This document shows positions 29,549 through 40,046 of a stretch of DNA of 64,000 nucleotides, one piece after another. The DNA is taken from positions 128,001 through 192,000 of the IMG/VR virus record IMGVR_UViG_3300028886_000036; one strand, written 5' to 3'. The stretch is from a virus. Taxonomy: Duplodnaviria > Caudoviricetes. A model generated the notes under the pieces. It did no database searches, was not told where the DNA came from, and saw only the letters and a list, made by a program, of their open reading frames with translations. Position numbers and translations under genes: made by a program. How positions within the stretch are numbered: position 1 is the stretch's first letter; every line of letters starts with the position of its first letter.

Positions 29549-30523
29549 CTACTTTCTTTTTATAAAAATTCTAGTATACAATCTCTTACCATTAATAACC
29601 CCGCATCCGCCTCTATCTTCATCACTTTGCTTATACTTTAATTGATTGTCTAATATATGTTTAGGGCAACATGCTTTAGTATTACCACTAGCTTGCCACA
29701 CTATTTCAAATTGATCTGGACAATATTTATCTATAAACGATATTGGAACTCCCATTATGCCAATATAGTTATCAGGAATCTTGTCAGTTTTATCTACATT
29801 AATAGCGTCAAAATTATCATATTTAGGATATTCTTTTGGGTCATATGTTGCATATAACTTCAATTCCTGATGTCGTTTATTATGGTCAAGATTTGTGAAC
29901 CAACAAATATTACCAAGTGATTGATATCTAATACCATCTTTCTCAATCTGATTATCTCGCTTAGGAGCATTATTAGGTATTTTAAAAGTCATGCTTTTAT
30001 GGGCAGACGCACCAAGCCATATTTTATCATATTTAAATAGTGGAAATATCTCTTTACACACTATAGCATTTTGATTTCCTATAATTAAAAATTTTTTATC
30101 GTATTCTATTAATTGCGCTAAGTATTCTCTAAACAAACTAAATGGAGGATTAGTTACAACTATATCTGCTTCTTTTAAAAGATCGATGCATTCTTGATTC
30201 CTAAAATCACCGTTAGATATCAATGGGGTCGTTGTACAAAATGAAACATCATTATCGTTACCACCACAATATTCTACTTTATATGTAGGTTTTTCTTTAT
30301 CATAATGAGTAGCTATAAGTTTCTTTAATCCTAGTGCCCCAAATAATAAATGAAAATATTCCCAAAAAGCTGAACTTTCATCATCACAATTACACAATAC
30401 AATTTTATCTTTAAAATGAGATTTATAATAAACTAATTCGTTTTCAACATCTATTCTCTGTGTATAAAATTCATCGTTTTTTTCTTTTTTAGCTTTATGC
30501 AGTGTCTTAATACTATTAGCCAT
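29549..30523 (-). CDS. Adenine-specific DNA methyltransferase, EcoRI-methylase family
   Basis: NDEFYT, VLCNCDD, GDFRN, VVTNPPFSLFREY, MGVPISF. Confidence 0.9.
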   Translation of the reverse strand: MANSIKTLHKAKKEKNDEFYTQRIDVENELVYYKSHFKDKIVLCNCDDESSAFWEYFHLLFGALGLKKLIATHYDKEKPTYKVEYCGGNDNDVSFCTTTPLISNGDFRNQECIDLLKEADIVVTNPPFSLFREYLAQLIEYDKKFLIIGNQNAIVCKEIFPLFKYDKIWLGASAHKSMTFKIPNNAPKRDNQIEKDGIRYQSLGNICWFTNLDHNKRHQELKLYATYDPKEYPKYDNFDAINVDKTDKIPDNYIGIMGVPISFIDKYCPDQFEIVWQASGNTKACCPKHILDNQLKYKQSDEDRGGCGVINGKRLYTRIFIKRK

Positions 30524-30567
30524 ATTTTAATAAAAACACTCTCTCTTTCTTATTCTCTATTTTTTTT

Positions 30568-30606
30568 TACTGTGAGATAGTGGTAAGTGCCACTATCTCA
30601 CAAGTA
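30568..30606. other. Stem-loop without a U-tract at the topoisomerase/methylase boundary
   Basis: tgtgagatagtgg-taagtg-ccactatctcaca. Confidence 0.55.
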
Positions 30607-30612
30607 TTACAT

Positions 30613-31887
30613 CTACTTTAAACTATCAACAATTTCATTTACACAAAAACTATCAAGATTAGTTAAGTTATTCTGTGTTTCTTTTAATTCATCTTCTACA
30701 CTTTGCAGTTTCTTTTCAGCATTACAGATCTGCTTAAGATTGTACTGCATAAGTGTATCAGTTAACTCATCAGAAATACCAAGCTTCTTTTTAACACGAT
30801 CCCTTGTCTTATCATTCAAAGGATTCAAGTAAGGCTTCATCTTAATCAGCCAATTAGTAAGATCAATTTTATCTTGAAGAACTTTAACTGCCTTATTAAG
30901 ATGATTCTCTACAGCTTTCTTATAATAACTATAGGTAGTTTGTACAATTTCAGGCAAGCTGTAATGTCTCACAATTTGCTTATTGTGAAAAATCAGCTCA
31001 CATTTTAACTTACCCTTAAGCTCTTTATTCAGATCATAACTATCAATGTTTTTCCCTCTCGGTAAAGATACTTCAACATTTGTAGTATCCTTACTAAGAT
31101 CTGTAAGGGATGCATCTTCAAAAGAACTTAACAAACCCCTGGGTGAATTTTTCATCAAAGGAAACTCTAATATATTAAACGACTTTTTATCCGAAGCTGT
31201 TACATATCTAGCAACTGTTTCAATAGTTCCAACACCTTTACTATACAAATCAGCTGGGCACGGAACTTCAATTGTTCTATATTGGACTCTAACTGATTGA
31301 GTTTTCGGATTCTTTAAAAGTTCAAGAAGATCTTCCATTTTAAACTTTGGAAGATAAAACGCTATACAAAATCCTATTGCATATACAAATGTTTCATAGT
31401 TTGTCAAATGACAGATATTAAGCGGAAACGGTGTAGGCAAATACTCCGGTTCTTTATTACCCAAATCATTGATAAAATATGGAACATCGTCTATATACTT
31501 AAAAGCTAATTTCAATATTCGTGGATCCAACATACATTCTGTATATCTAGTAGCTGCGGCTTCAATTGGATCCAATCCGACATTAGATCCAAAATTACCT
31601 TTGCCTTTCATTAACCCATCTCTAACCATCCCTTCAATACATCCAGCGATTGAAGAATCACCGTGTGGGTGAAACTTTCCCATAGTCTCACCCACAACTC
31701 GTGCAGTCTTAGTTAATGAATCTTTAGCTACCAGGTATGTTGCATATAATGTTCTTCTCTGTACTGACTTAAGCCCATCAGCTTCGTAGCAAACTACTCT
31801 ACCATCATCAATATTAATATATCTTCCGTATTCTGTGTAGTTTGCTTTTACAATGTCACTAGCCGCTTTTTGCGTTATATATGCCAT
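30613..31887 (-). CDS. Type IIA topoisomerase A subunit (GyrA/ParC/T4 gp52-like, no CTD)
   Basis: DGLKSVQRR, KTARVVG, FHPHGDSSI, GNFGS, AAATRYTE (catalytic Tyr). Confidence 0.92.
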   Translation of the reverse strand: MAYITQKAASDIVKANYTEYGRYINIDDGRVVCYEADGLKSVQRRTLYATYLVAKDSLTKTARVVGETMGKFHPHGDSSIAGCIEGMVRDGLMKGKGNFGSNVGLDPIEAAATRYTECMLDPRILKLAFKYIDDVPYFINDLGNKEPEYLPTPFPLNICHLTNYETFVYAIGFCIAFYLPKFKMEDLLELLKNPKTQSVRVQYRTIEVPCPADLYSKGVGTIETVARYVTASDKKSFNILEFPLMKNSPRGLLSSFEDASLTDLSKDTTNVEVSLPRGKNIDSYDLNKELKGKLKCELIFHNKQIVRHYSLPEIVQTTYSYYKKAVENHLNKAVKVLQDKIDLTNWLIKMKPYLNPLNDKTRDRVKKKLGISDELTDTLMQYNLKQICNAEKKLQSVEDELKETQNNLTNLDSFCVNEIVDSLK

Positions 31888-32213
31888 TATAAATAGTTCC
31901 TCACGTAGTATTCAAGTTCTTCTTCAAAGTTATCCATCATGATATCACTATTTGTTTCTGCTGAACCTTGTTCAATATCTGACGAATATCTTCTCAAAGC
32001 AACTAAAGTACATAACAAATCATGATCAGTTCTTAATTGAAGATCTACATCCTGCTTCTTTTTAAGAATAGCTTCGTAGTCACTATCTTCAAGTTTTAGA
32101 TGTTTTTCAATGTCTTTAAGCTCATCAGGGGCCATATACAATGTAGAATCAGTATATCCTAAACATCTTAAAATTATCTTATTAATACTATCTTTTTGAT
32201 CCTGTGTAATCAT
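31887..32213 (-). CDS. Hypothetical protein
   Basis: ORF coupled to the topo gene. Confidence 0.55.
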   Translation of the reverse strand: MITQDQKDSINKIILRCLGYTDSTLYMAPDELKDIEKHLKLEDSDYEAILKKKQDVDLQLRTDHDLLCTLVALRRYSSDIEQGSAETNSDIMMDNFEEELEYYVRNYL

Positions 32214-32220
32214 ACGTTAA

Positions 32221-32820
32221 TCACGGCCCTTCTACAAAACTGTAATTTTTAGCCTTAAATTCACTATAACCATCTGGAGGAGAATCCTCAATACTAATCA
32301 AATGCCACTTCCAAGAACCTACTCGATTTTCATTAGTGCCACTATAATCTCCACCACCTCTACCATTACCAACCGCAGTAAGAATAGGAAGTGGATCAAT
32401 TATACCCCAAACATTATACTTACTCGCATTATAATACTTATGCATATCAATATAACCCTTAAGAGTATGATTCACTAAATAACTGTGCTCATAATCAATT
32501 GGGGTTCCTGGGGTTGTATCATTGCTTCTACGACTACAAGATCTCCCCCAAACAAATTTATAGGTTGGGATACTAGGCTGCTTTTCTTTAACTCTATTAC
32601 TTCTGAAATAGAATTCATCACCTTTTTCATTAGCATAGTCCCCAACCCACAATACTCTTTTAGGGTTCTTATAAATTAAACTATGAATTTTTACCATAAA
32701 ATCAGTATCAACAAAACTATGCTCAGTTAGCTTTAAGCCGTCATCAAAATCTAACGGATAATACACTTTCTTATTCCAACCACGCTCTGACCCTATAACG
32801 CTCTGATAATACTGACCCAC
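32221..32820 (-). CDS. Phage hypothetical protein
   Basis: MGQYY...GLKLTEHS...WVGDYA...GNGRGGGDY; strong RBS. Confidence 0.6.
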   Translation of the reverse strand: MGQYYQSVIGSERGWNKKVYYPLDFDDGLKLTEHSFVDTDFMVKIHSLIYKNPKRVLWVGDYANEKGDEFYFRSNRVKEKQPSIPTYKFVWGRSCSRRSNDTTPGTPIDYEHSYLVNHTLKGYIDMHKYYNASKYNVWGIIDPLPILTAVGNGRGGGDYSGTNENRVGSWKWHLISIEDSPPDGYSEFKAKNYSFVEGP

Positions 32821-32832
32821 AAATTATCCTCC

Positions 32833-33372
32833 TTACAGGAAATTTTCACACCTAGGCAATCCACCATCCCAATACAACTGTATATTCTTATTAATTAAAA
32901 TAGTATGCTCATCAAGTAGAGGATCTATGTTAAATCCTTGATCAAAAACTCCTTCAAAGTAATCCTTATTAAGGCAATATACAAAGTCAGAGTCCTTTTC
33001 TCTATTTGATGCAATATAAATTACATATACCCCATTAGTATCTGTGGGCATGTCTACTAGAGCATAATTACCAAATAACTGTATCTTATGTCCATTAAAC
33101 ATACCCACGCCAGTCTTATTTACATTTACTCTTTTCCAATCATAGATGGCTTTGTGCTTCTTACAATATACATTTTTACTACCAGTTCTCTCTTGCATCT
33201 CTTTGCAATACTTGCACTCTTCCGGTTCTATGGTTTTTTTAAGAGCAACCTTCTGAATCATATTCTTACTGAAAGTGTTAAAGTTCAATATAAACTGCAT
33301 TAAAGTTTCTGGCCTGAATTGCAGTTTATGCTTTGTAATATATTCCTTCGCATTAATTACAATATCTTCCAA
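32833..33372 (-). CDS. Hypothetical protein with CxxC...CxxH zinc site
   Basis: CKYC...YCKKH. Confidence 0.55.
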   Translation of the reverse strand: MEDIVINAKEYITKHKLQFRPETLMQFILNFNTFSKNMIQKVALKKTIEPEECKYCKEMQERTGSKNVYCKKHKAIYDWKRVNVNKTGVGMFNGHKIQLFGNYALVDMPTDTNGVYVIYIASNREKDSDFVYCLNKDYFEGVFDQGFNIDPLLDEHTILINKNIQLYWDGGLPRCENFL

Positions 33373-33389
33373 TAATAATCATCTCCTAA

Positions 33390-34229
33390 CTAAGAATTTA
33401 CAAACTTTTCCTTTCTGGCCTTCTCCCAAGAAAGATCTGTTTCTTTCTCGATTAATTTAGCTAAATCTATAAGTCTAGAACAAACCTCGCTTGCTAAATC
33501 TAACTTAGTGTAATCAGAAACTTCTTTTCCTAAATTATACCCTACTTCAAGCCATTTGTCAACACGAGTTTTTATATCAGTAAAAGATGTCCTAGTTCTA
33601 GTTGCTTGACCTTGTGATTTATTTAGGCTTTTAAGATTATGTTCTTTAGTATATTTACTACGATATTCTCGTCTATTTAACTCACTTGGAGTTATCCAAT
33701 GCCATCCGCCATCTTTTTCCCAAATATCAATAACCATATTATTAAAACTTTCTGGCATTGGTACAGCATTTTTATAATAATCCTTAATGTCTCTGTTAAT
33801 TGTATTAACAGCAAACTCTAGATCAAATTCTTCGTTTGGATCAGTTATATCAACTTCATACAGCAATATAACTAACGATCTAGCGCAATTGCCCTGCTCA
33901 GGAACTATATTATAAAACGTTTCAAATAACGGGCTAATCAAGCTAAATGTTTTCATATCAATAGAATTTAAAACTGTAGATTGATTAGTAGCATTCTGTT
34001 TTTTATCCCTTGAAAAAAGTGGCATACATCTAAGATTTGTGTGGATTTTAAGATAGTTATTAATAGCTTTAGCTTTAAGACCTACGTTTTTAGAACTATT
34101 ACTACCAGTATGTTTACAAAAAGAGTCCATACAGCTAAGCATAAATTTTCTTCCATTAGGCGTAGACCAGCAAGAATTATTCATCAAGTTTTTAATTTCA
34201 GATACGTCATATGTTGCATGAAACGGCAT
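33390..34229 (-). CDS. Hypothetical protein
   Basis: GGAGG RBS, 279 aa. Confidence 0.6.
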   Translation of the reverse strand: MPFHATYDVSEIKNLMNNSCWSTPNGRKFMLSCMDSFCKHTGSNSSKNVGLKAKAINNYLKIHTNLRCMPLFSRDKKQNATNQSTVLNSIDMKTFSLISPLFETFYNIVPEQGNCARSLVILLYEVDITDPNEEFDLEFAVNTINRDIKDYYKNAVPMPESFNNMVIDIWEKDGGWHWITPSELNRREYRSKYTKEHNLKSLNKSQGQATRTRTSFTDIKTRVDKWLEVGYNLGKEVSDYTKLDLASEVCSRLIDLAKLIEKETDLSWEKARKEKFVNS

Positions 34230-34250
34230 AGATAATACCCTCCTTCAAAT

Positions 34251-34279
34251 ATAGGGGGCCCTTTAATAAGGGCCCCATG
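34251..34279 (-). terminator. GC-rich hairpin/terminator
   Basis: ggggccctt-taat-aagggcccc. Confidence 0.6.
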
Positions 34280-34296
34280 AATAAACTTATGCCTAT

Positions 34297-35139
34297 TTAA
34301 ACATTAAAGCCATGACTTCTAAACGCAGGGGCAACCCAAGCTTTATAATCAATGTAGATTTGCGGATTATAAGTAGTTTTGAAGTTATCCTCAAAATCCC
34401 AGCTAAATTTAAGATCATCAAGATATCCACATCTACTTCTATATGGTTCCGGCATTTTATCTACTAGATTATATAACTCAGCAGTAAGGGAATCCATAGC
34501 CAGCAAAATAAACTGTAAACGACACATATTGAACGTTCTTCCAGAGTCTTCGATAATTTTATCATACTCAAGAAGTTTTAAGATGTCGTATTTACTAAGA
34601 CCACGGCCCAAAGATAAATTTTCGTAACAATTATTTTGATAACCTCTTAACGAGTCTTTTTCAATTGTAAAGTAACATCCTTCAGGACCTAAGTACATGT
34701 TCTTATCCATATCAGCACACCAATTAAGATTATACGTATAACCTTTATTATAATACTTGCCACCGGTGGCTGGGTTAACATAGAGTCTCCTGGTAATTTT
34801 AAAACCCAAATCCATGAGACCTCCCCAGATTCTTTTAAATCTTACAGGCCAAGTTTTATATTTAGGGCGATCGCATCCATTGAAAAACACGAAGTTAAAA
34901 TATGTCTTTCTAACAATGCTAACTCCGTTCCAAACAAAAGGATCATTAATATCACGGTCATTAAACACTTCGAGAGCTTGCTTTCTGCCAAGAATTAATG
35001 GTGTTGGCAATAACTTAACAATATTTGTAAGCTGCAAGATATCGACAGAAATACATCCGGTCAGTTCTCTAGATAATGTATTGTCTGTATGAATAAAACG
35101 TGTAAGTGCGCCTTCAGTCATTTTATTACTCCTTTTCAA
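34297..35139 (-). CDS. Hypothetical protein
   Basis: Long ORF in operon. Confidence 0.55.
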   Translation of the reverse strand: MKRSNKMTEGALTRFIHTDNTLSRELTGCISVDILQLTNIVKLLPTPLILGRKQALEVFNDRDINDPFVWNGVSIVRKTYFNFVFFNGCDRPKYKTWPVRFKRIWGGLMDLGFKITRRLYVNPATGGKYYNKGYTYNLNWCADMDKNMYLGPEGCYFTIEKDSLRGYQNNCYENLSLGRGLSKYDILKLLEYDKIIEDSGRTFNMCRLQFILLAMDSLTAELYNLVDKMPEPYRSRCGYLDDLKFSWDFEDNFKTTYNPQIYIDYKAWVAPAFRSHGFNV

Positions 35140-35527
35140 TTTTTTCAGATATATTATATTTATTAATTATCACCATAGCCTTCGTTATCCACAATACAGA
35201 TTCATTAAAGCTAAGATCCTTAAAGTCAGGCTTAGCATCTAACGTCCCATCATAGCCAGCATAATACATATCTTTAGCCAGCTTAAAGATAAGATCTTTA
35301 TTCTCAAAATTATACGACTTTTCTATTTCAGGAGTAATCCATTTACGTCTAAACCACTTGTCTCCTTTCAACTCCTCATAATGATTAAGCCAATCACGAC
35401 ACATGTCAAATACATTATTAATTACATTTTCTACTGGTTCGTTCATAATCTTCAAACCTGAGTTTGCAAATATGCTTACGATCAATATCCCTAATAACCA
35501 CTCCTTCAGATTTGCCAAACAGATCAC
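35126..35527 (-). CDS. Hypothetical protein
   Basis: ORF in operon; start uncertain. Confidence 0.45.
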   Translation of the reverse strand: MICLANLKEWLLGILIVSIFANSGLKIMNEPVENVINNVFDMCRDWLNHYEELKGDKWFRRKWITPEIEKSYNFENKDLIFKLAKDMYYAGYDGTLDAKPDFKDLSFNESVLWITKAMVIINKYNISEKIEKE

Positions 35528-36266
35528 TGTACTCTTTCTTATTATCGGGAGTTCCGATCACTGCTTGGCTTTTGTTAAACTTCTTTATCCATTTATAAGT
35601 TACACCAAAATCAGTAGGAAGATCCTTAGCCCTGATTCTAGTTAATTCAGGAGTTCTTTCCAACTGAAATTGAGTACAAAAGATATCCAGTGCATTATAA
35701 TCATACCAATAATCAGTACTATCAGATTTCCATCTAGAAATATCCGAAATATCTTTTTCTAACAGTTTTTCAAATTCAATGCAAGGAATAACCCTAACAT
35801 CAAATACCCTAAATTTACGACTGGCCAAAGTATTAACACTACAATATTCTTTACTACCATTAGAGATATTATAGCCATATACCTCACCAAATACTACCAT
35901 TACCACATCACTTTCAACATCATCAGCAAAGCTTTTGATCAAATAATCACAAGAACTCAACACAGTGTTAACTGTAGAATCTGTGATAATTCTATCACCT
36001 TTAGCATGAACAATATTCGATCTAGTTCCTACCAAATAATCATCATTGGTAAGGATAAGTCTCATATTAGTTCCATCGACTTTTTCAGTTACCTCAAGAA
36101 TTGATTCGGGATCAAATTTATTTTCATCATATACTTCATTAAGTAGACAACCTTTAGTACCAAGCTTATGATAAGTAAGAATACTTGGATATTCAGTAAG
36201 AGTATTTATTTTTTCTAAACCAAACTGCTTAACTGCTTCGTTTAACCAAGTACTTTTAGAGCTCAT
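35418..36266 (-). CDS. RNA ligase family (Rnl2-like nucleotidyltransferase)
   Basis: TEKVDGTN (motif I), FGEVYG, FRVFDV, EGVVI, KLRFEDY. Confidence 0.8.
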   Translation of the reverse strand: MSSKSTWLNEAVKQFGLEKINTLTEYPSILTYHKLGTKGCLLNEVYDENKFDPESILEVTEKVDGTNMRLILTNDDYLVGTRSNIVHAKGDRIITDSTVNTVLSSCDYLIKSFADDVESDVVMVVFGEVYGYNISNGSKEYCSVNTLASRKFRVFDVRVIPCIEFEKLLEKDISDISRWKSDSTDYWYDYNALDIFCTQFQLERTPELTRIRAKDLPTDFGVTYKWIKKFNKSQAVIGTPDNKKEYSDLFGKSEGVVIRDIDRKHICKLRFEDYERTSRKCN

Positions 36267-36466
36267 TCAATTTTCTCCTTTTCTTTAACTAGCTCTTCTA
36301 ATTTATCAATAACCATCCTTAAACTACTAACACACTCAGAATAAGCATCTAATTCTGCATTCACATCATCAGCAAGATCACTTCCTTGAAAGTTATATAA
36401 ATCATTAAACGCCCGATCTGCTTCACATGCCATATTATGAAGTCTAACCCATTCCTTATTAGTCAC
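36263..36466 (-). CDS. Small coiled-coil hypothetical protein
   Basis: AGGAGG RBS, GTG start. Confidence 0.55.
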   Translation of the reverse strand: MTNKEWVRLHNMACEADRAFNDLYNFQGSDLADDVNAELDAYSECVSSLRMVIDKLEELVKEKEKIE

Positions 36467-36493
36467 AAATACTTTCCTCCTATAAATTAAGGA

Positions 36494-38281
36494 CTACTTA
36501 ATGTAGTCCTTAACAATTTCTTGTTTGTTTTCCCAGATATGCTCAATATCTTCTAGGTTAGATGGCGTTACCTGGATCAAGTGTCTAGTATTCTCGTCAA
36601 ACGCGCATTCATACAATTCCTCCGGAGACATTTCTCCAAGTCCTTTATACCTGGATATATTAGCTCCCTTTTTCCTATACTTATTATAAGTAGCGTCATC
36701 AAATATTGGAATAAACTTTTTCTTTTCATATGTTCCAAACAAGGGCATTACTCCAATATACAGATTACCGTTTTTAATAAGCTCAGATGCAAACTTACCA
36801 AAGAACGATACTAGCAATGCCGCAATATGCAATCCATCAACATCAGAATCTGAAAGGCAAACTACTTTACCATATCTAAGCTCATTCAGATCTGGGTTAT
36901 TAGGTTTAATTCCAATACTGTTGAAAATTGCTCCAAGAGTTTTACTATCTACAATTTTGTCAAAACTACTATTCAACACATTAAGAATTTTACCTCTTAA
37001 TGGTAGAACAGCATGCTTTGTTACATCTCTAGCTTGAAGAAGAGTACCACCTGCTGAGTTACCTTCAACTATATAGAGCTCTCTTTCTTCGAGTTTTTTA
37101 CTGGTACAGTCTCGAAGATTCTCCACATTGACTTTATTACCCTTTTTACCTTTACCCAAGTTTTTACTATCTTTCTGCATTTTAACAGACTCAGCATAAT
37201 CAATCTGATCTGTTACAAATTCAGAAAATTTATCTAATAGCTTATCCACATTATCTTGATTGAAGATATAGTCATATTTACCTCTACCTCCAACCAAGCT
37301 ATACTTTTGTTGTCCAGAAAATGATGGATCAGATAGTTTCGCTATCAACAATACATTAATACCAACTACCATATCATCTTCTGACACATATTTATCTTTA
37401 GCCTTTCTAAATAGATAATCATTAAAAGCTTTTCTGATAAATATTCTGTCAGCACCAATAGTGGTCATTGGAAGAGTATTCACAATACTACTATAACTGA
37501 ACTGCGTAGTTTCTGACCTATTCATATATACAGTAACTTCATCAGTAATTTCTTTACCTTCAGGAGTAACTCTTTTACCTTTAATAGTTCCTACACAGGT
37601 TTCTTTGTCAGATTTCTTCATAAAGTTAGTAACAATATCATTATCAATATACACATTAGATTCTTTTCCAGATTTATCAATTACCTTTAATGATACATTT
37701 ACTTTCTCATTGTTAGCTGTAACCAAGATACATTTAAGTCTCTCAATTACATCATCTTTAGAAATTTCAACTGTATCAAAGTATTGAGGATCTGGTTTAA
37801 ATTCTACTTTGGTGCTATATGATAAACCTCTAATTACATTAGGTTTAACATCTTTACTAGGACTATTATAAAAGATATATTCCTTATGAGACCTTTTATC
37901 TTTTACAGTAATGTTCAAATATTCTGACAAGGCATTTACAATTGTTAAACCTTCGCCATGCAACCCAGACTTCTGATCATAAAGATCATTATCGAACTTG
38001 CCACCTGTACGAAGATCTGTACAAATTTCAATCGGGACATCATATGTAAGACCTTCTTGTCTGATTGGAATGCCTCTACCATTATCAATAACACTATAGA
38101 CTCCTTTCTGATAGTCTAGTGTCACAATAATAGTATCAGCTTTTTTACTAAGCAATTCATCTGCTGCATTATCAATCACTTCTGTCAGTAGATAAAACGG
38201 AGTAGTAGTATCTCTCACATAATGTCCGGGCCTAGTTTGAATATGTTCAAATTCACTCACATGTCTTATCGCCATTATCAA
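36494..38281 (-). CDS. Type IIA topoisomerase B subunit (GyrB/ParE-like ATPase + Toprim)
   Basis: EVIDNAADE, DNGRGIP, GLHGEG, VEGNSA, PLRGKILN, DSDVDG, RYKGLGEM. Confidence 0.95.
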   Translation of the reverse strand: MIMAIRHVSEFEHIQTRPGHYVRDTTTPFYLLTEVIDNAADELLSKKADTIIVTLDYQKGVYSVIDNGRGIPIRQEGLTYDVPIEICTDLRTGGKFDNDLYDQKSGLHGEGLTIVNALSEYLNITVKDKRSHKEYIFYNSPSKDVKPNVIRGLSYSTKVEFKPDPQYFDTVEISKDDVIERLKCILVTANNEKVNVSLKVIDKSGKESNVYIDNDIVTNFMKKSDKETCVGTIKGKRVTPEGKEITDEVTVYMNRSETTQFSYSSIVNTLPMTTIGADRIFIRKAFNDYLFRKAKDKYVSEDDMVVGINVLLIAKLSDPSFSGQQKYSLVGGRGKYDYIFNQDNVDKLLDKFSEFVTDQIDYAESVKMQKDSKNLGKGKKGNKVNVENLRDCTSKKLEERELYIVEGNSAGGTLLQARDVTKHAVLPLRGKILNVLNSSFDKIVDSKTLGAIFNSIGIKPNNPDLNELRYGKVVCLSDSDVDGLHIAALLVSFFGKFASELIKNGNLYIGVMPLFGTYEKKKFIPIFDDATYNKYRKKGANISRYKGLGEMSPEELYECAFDENTRHLIQVTPSNLEDIEHIWENKQEIVKDYIK

Positions 38282-38921
38282 GTTCCTTTCCTAAAACACT
38301 CTCTGGCAGTGAATCTATAGATGGAAGTTTCATAAACTCACATACCAAAACATTTTGACCAAACACATCATAGTTGGTCTTAGTTATACAGTACTCTCCA
38401 ATAATGCTTTCTTCGTTAATCTTATAAATATACGCATCTTCTTTATCTACATTATTAAAATCAGCAACCTCTTGAGCTTGAATAGACCTAATTATAAATT
38501 GAATTATTTGAAGTGCTGGCGCAATTCGGGAGTTTATATATTCAGCTTCTTCTTCTGATTCAAAGTTTTCAACAGGAATTGTATCTGGAAATACTTCTTC
38601 TATGGTAGCCATATTAGTAGTTAGCAAAAATCTAGCACCTATAGCATATTGCTCAAGTAGTAGCTTTTCAGGTATAGTGTAAGTTCTAAAGTTATTACTT
38701 ACATACTTCCCTTCATTTATACTGCTAAAATATTTCAGTAACTTCTTAAGTCCTTTTACTGGATCATATTTTCTAAAAGACTGAAGTACTATTGGCTTAT
38801 AATCACTAGCTTCAAGTTCTTTTACATCACTAATTACAGGTATTAGAAATGTGAAGTTAGAACTTTTAGGAGTAGCTTTCAAATATTTTTCATCGGGTCT
38901 ACTAATCATGTTTAATCCCAC
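38253..38921 (-). CDS. Hypothetical protein
   Basis: ORF in operon. Confidence 0.55.
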   Translation of the reverse strand: MGLNMISRPDEKYLKATPKSSNFTFLIPVISDVKELEASDYKPIVLQSFRKYDPVKGLKKLLKYFSSINEGKYVSNNFRTYTIPEKLLLEQYAIGARFLLTTNMATIEEVFPDTIPVENFESEEEAEYINSRIAPALQIIQFIIRSIQAQEVADFNNVDKEDAYIYKINEESIIGEYCITKTNYDVFGQNVLVCEFMKLPSIDSLPESVLGKELDNGDKTCE

Positions 38922-39364
38922 AGATATCCGAAATAGTCAATAAACAACTGAAGTCCCTCATCAACTTCTTTTTGGTTGTCGAGATATCTACTAGAAGAAT
39001 CTTCCATAGACATAATATCCCACGACTTAATCATTTTGTCAAGCATATTATCCCAAATTTCTTCAAGTTCTTTATGAGACTTACAATCATTTTTAGGATC
39101 CATTTTAAAGCATCCGGGGATACCATGCCTATTATAGTTTTTAAAGTTGACCAATGCTCTTTTAATAAGATCTGCCAAATCATGATCCATATTCCAAGCA
39201 TCACGATTAATAAACTTATTTTTTCTAGCTGCATCAAGCTGTTGGTCTAACTTATCAAACCTAGACTCCCACTTAAGTTTCCATCTTTTGTGAGACTCTT
39301 TACACATACGAAGCCTTTGTCTAAGAATCTCATTTTCTTTTTTAAGCTTTTCAAGCTCGGTCAT
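38912..39364 (-). CDS. Phage hypothetical protein
   Basis: WNMD...WDNMLDKMI...EGLQLFIDYFGYLWD. Confidence 0.6.
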   Translation of the reverse strand: MTELEKLKKENEILRQRLRMCKESHKRWKLKWESRFDKLDQQLDAARKNKFINRDAWNMDHDLADLIKRALVNFKNYNRHGIPGCFKMDPKNDCKSHKELEEIWDNMLDKMIKSWDIMSMEDSSSRYLDNQKEVDEGLQLFIDYFGYLWD

Positions 39365-39370
39365 TTGTCA

Positions 39371-39799
39371 TCACTCCAATGTGCAATCAAAATAATGATA
39401 ATCGAAACTAACATTTTGATTATACACCATTTCAAATACTTTTTCTAGTCTTCTACAAATATCATCTTCAATACAAAAACCATATGAACAAGTTTTTATA
39501 ATATTATCATTAAAAGTTCGTAAATCTAATATAATTGCAATCTCTCTAGAAACGTCTACTACATTATCTCTATACGATATAAAAATTTTCCAATATCTAG
39601 ACATACTATATCGTCTACTATGTACTAGCATAAAACTCAAACTTATAATTTCATCCTTCATAATACGATCCATAACAATAGCATTAAATCTTTGACAATA
39701 CAGCATTAACTTATTACGCTTAGTAAGTTTACTACTGTAATCCTTAGCCGATCTATACAAATAATCCCTCCTAAAGTAGAACCTTAAATCTTGGAACAT
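39371..39799 (-). CDS. Hypothetical protein, possibly leaderless
   Basis: ATG immediately downstream of the promoter motif, no SD. Confidence 0.5.
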   Translation of the reverse strand: MFQDLRFYFRRDYLYRSAKDYSSKLTKRNKLMLYCQRFNAIVMDRIMKDEIISLSFMLVHSRRYSMSRYWKIFISYRDNVVDVSREIAIILDLRTFNDNIIKTCSYGFCIEDDICRRLEKVFEMVYNQNVSFDYHYFDCTLE

Positions 39800-39802
39800 T
39801 AA

Positions 39803-39819
39803 TAGTATATATTTACAAA
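39803..39819 (-). promoter_or_regulatory. Putative phage-RNAP promoter motif
   Basis: TTTGTAAATATATACTA. Confidence 0.65.
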
Positions 39820-39839
39820 TTTTAAGGTAACAAAAATAA

Positions 39840-39869
39840 AAACAAAGAGAGGTTTCCCTCTCTTTGTTT
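39840..39869 (-). terminator. Intrinsic terminator
   Basis: aaacaaagagagg-tttc-cctctctttgttt. Confidence 0.8.
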
Positions 39870-39874
39870 ATACG

Positions 39875-40033
39875 CTAAATAATTACATCTACAATAGCTA
39901 TTATAGCTATAATTGGATACACGACTGTAAGTATTACCTCTAAGAGGTTCTTAAATTTACTATTCGTACAAATAGATATATCATACAAGGCTATTCCGAA
40001 AAACATTATAATTACACATAGTCCAATAAACAT
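39875..40033 (-). CDS. 52-aa two-TM membrane peptide (not in ORF track)
   Basis: AAGGAG RBS; MFIGLCVIIMFFGIALYD...IIAIVDVII*. Confidence 0.6.
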   Translation of the reverse strand: MFIGLCVIIMFFGIALYDISICTNSKFKNLLEVILTVVYPIIAIIAIVDVII

Positions 40034-40046
40034 TTTTTTTTCTCCT

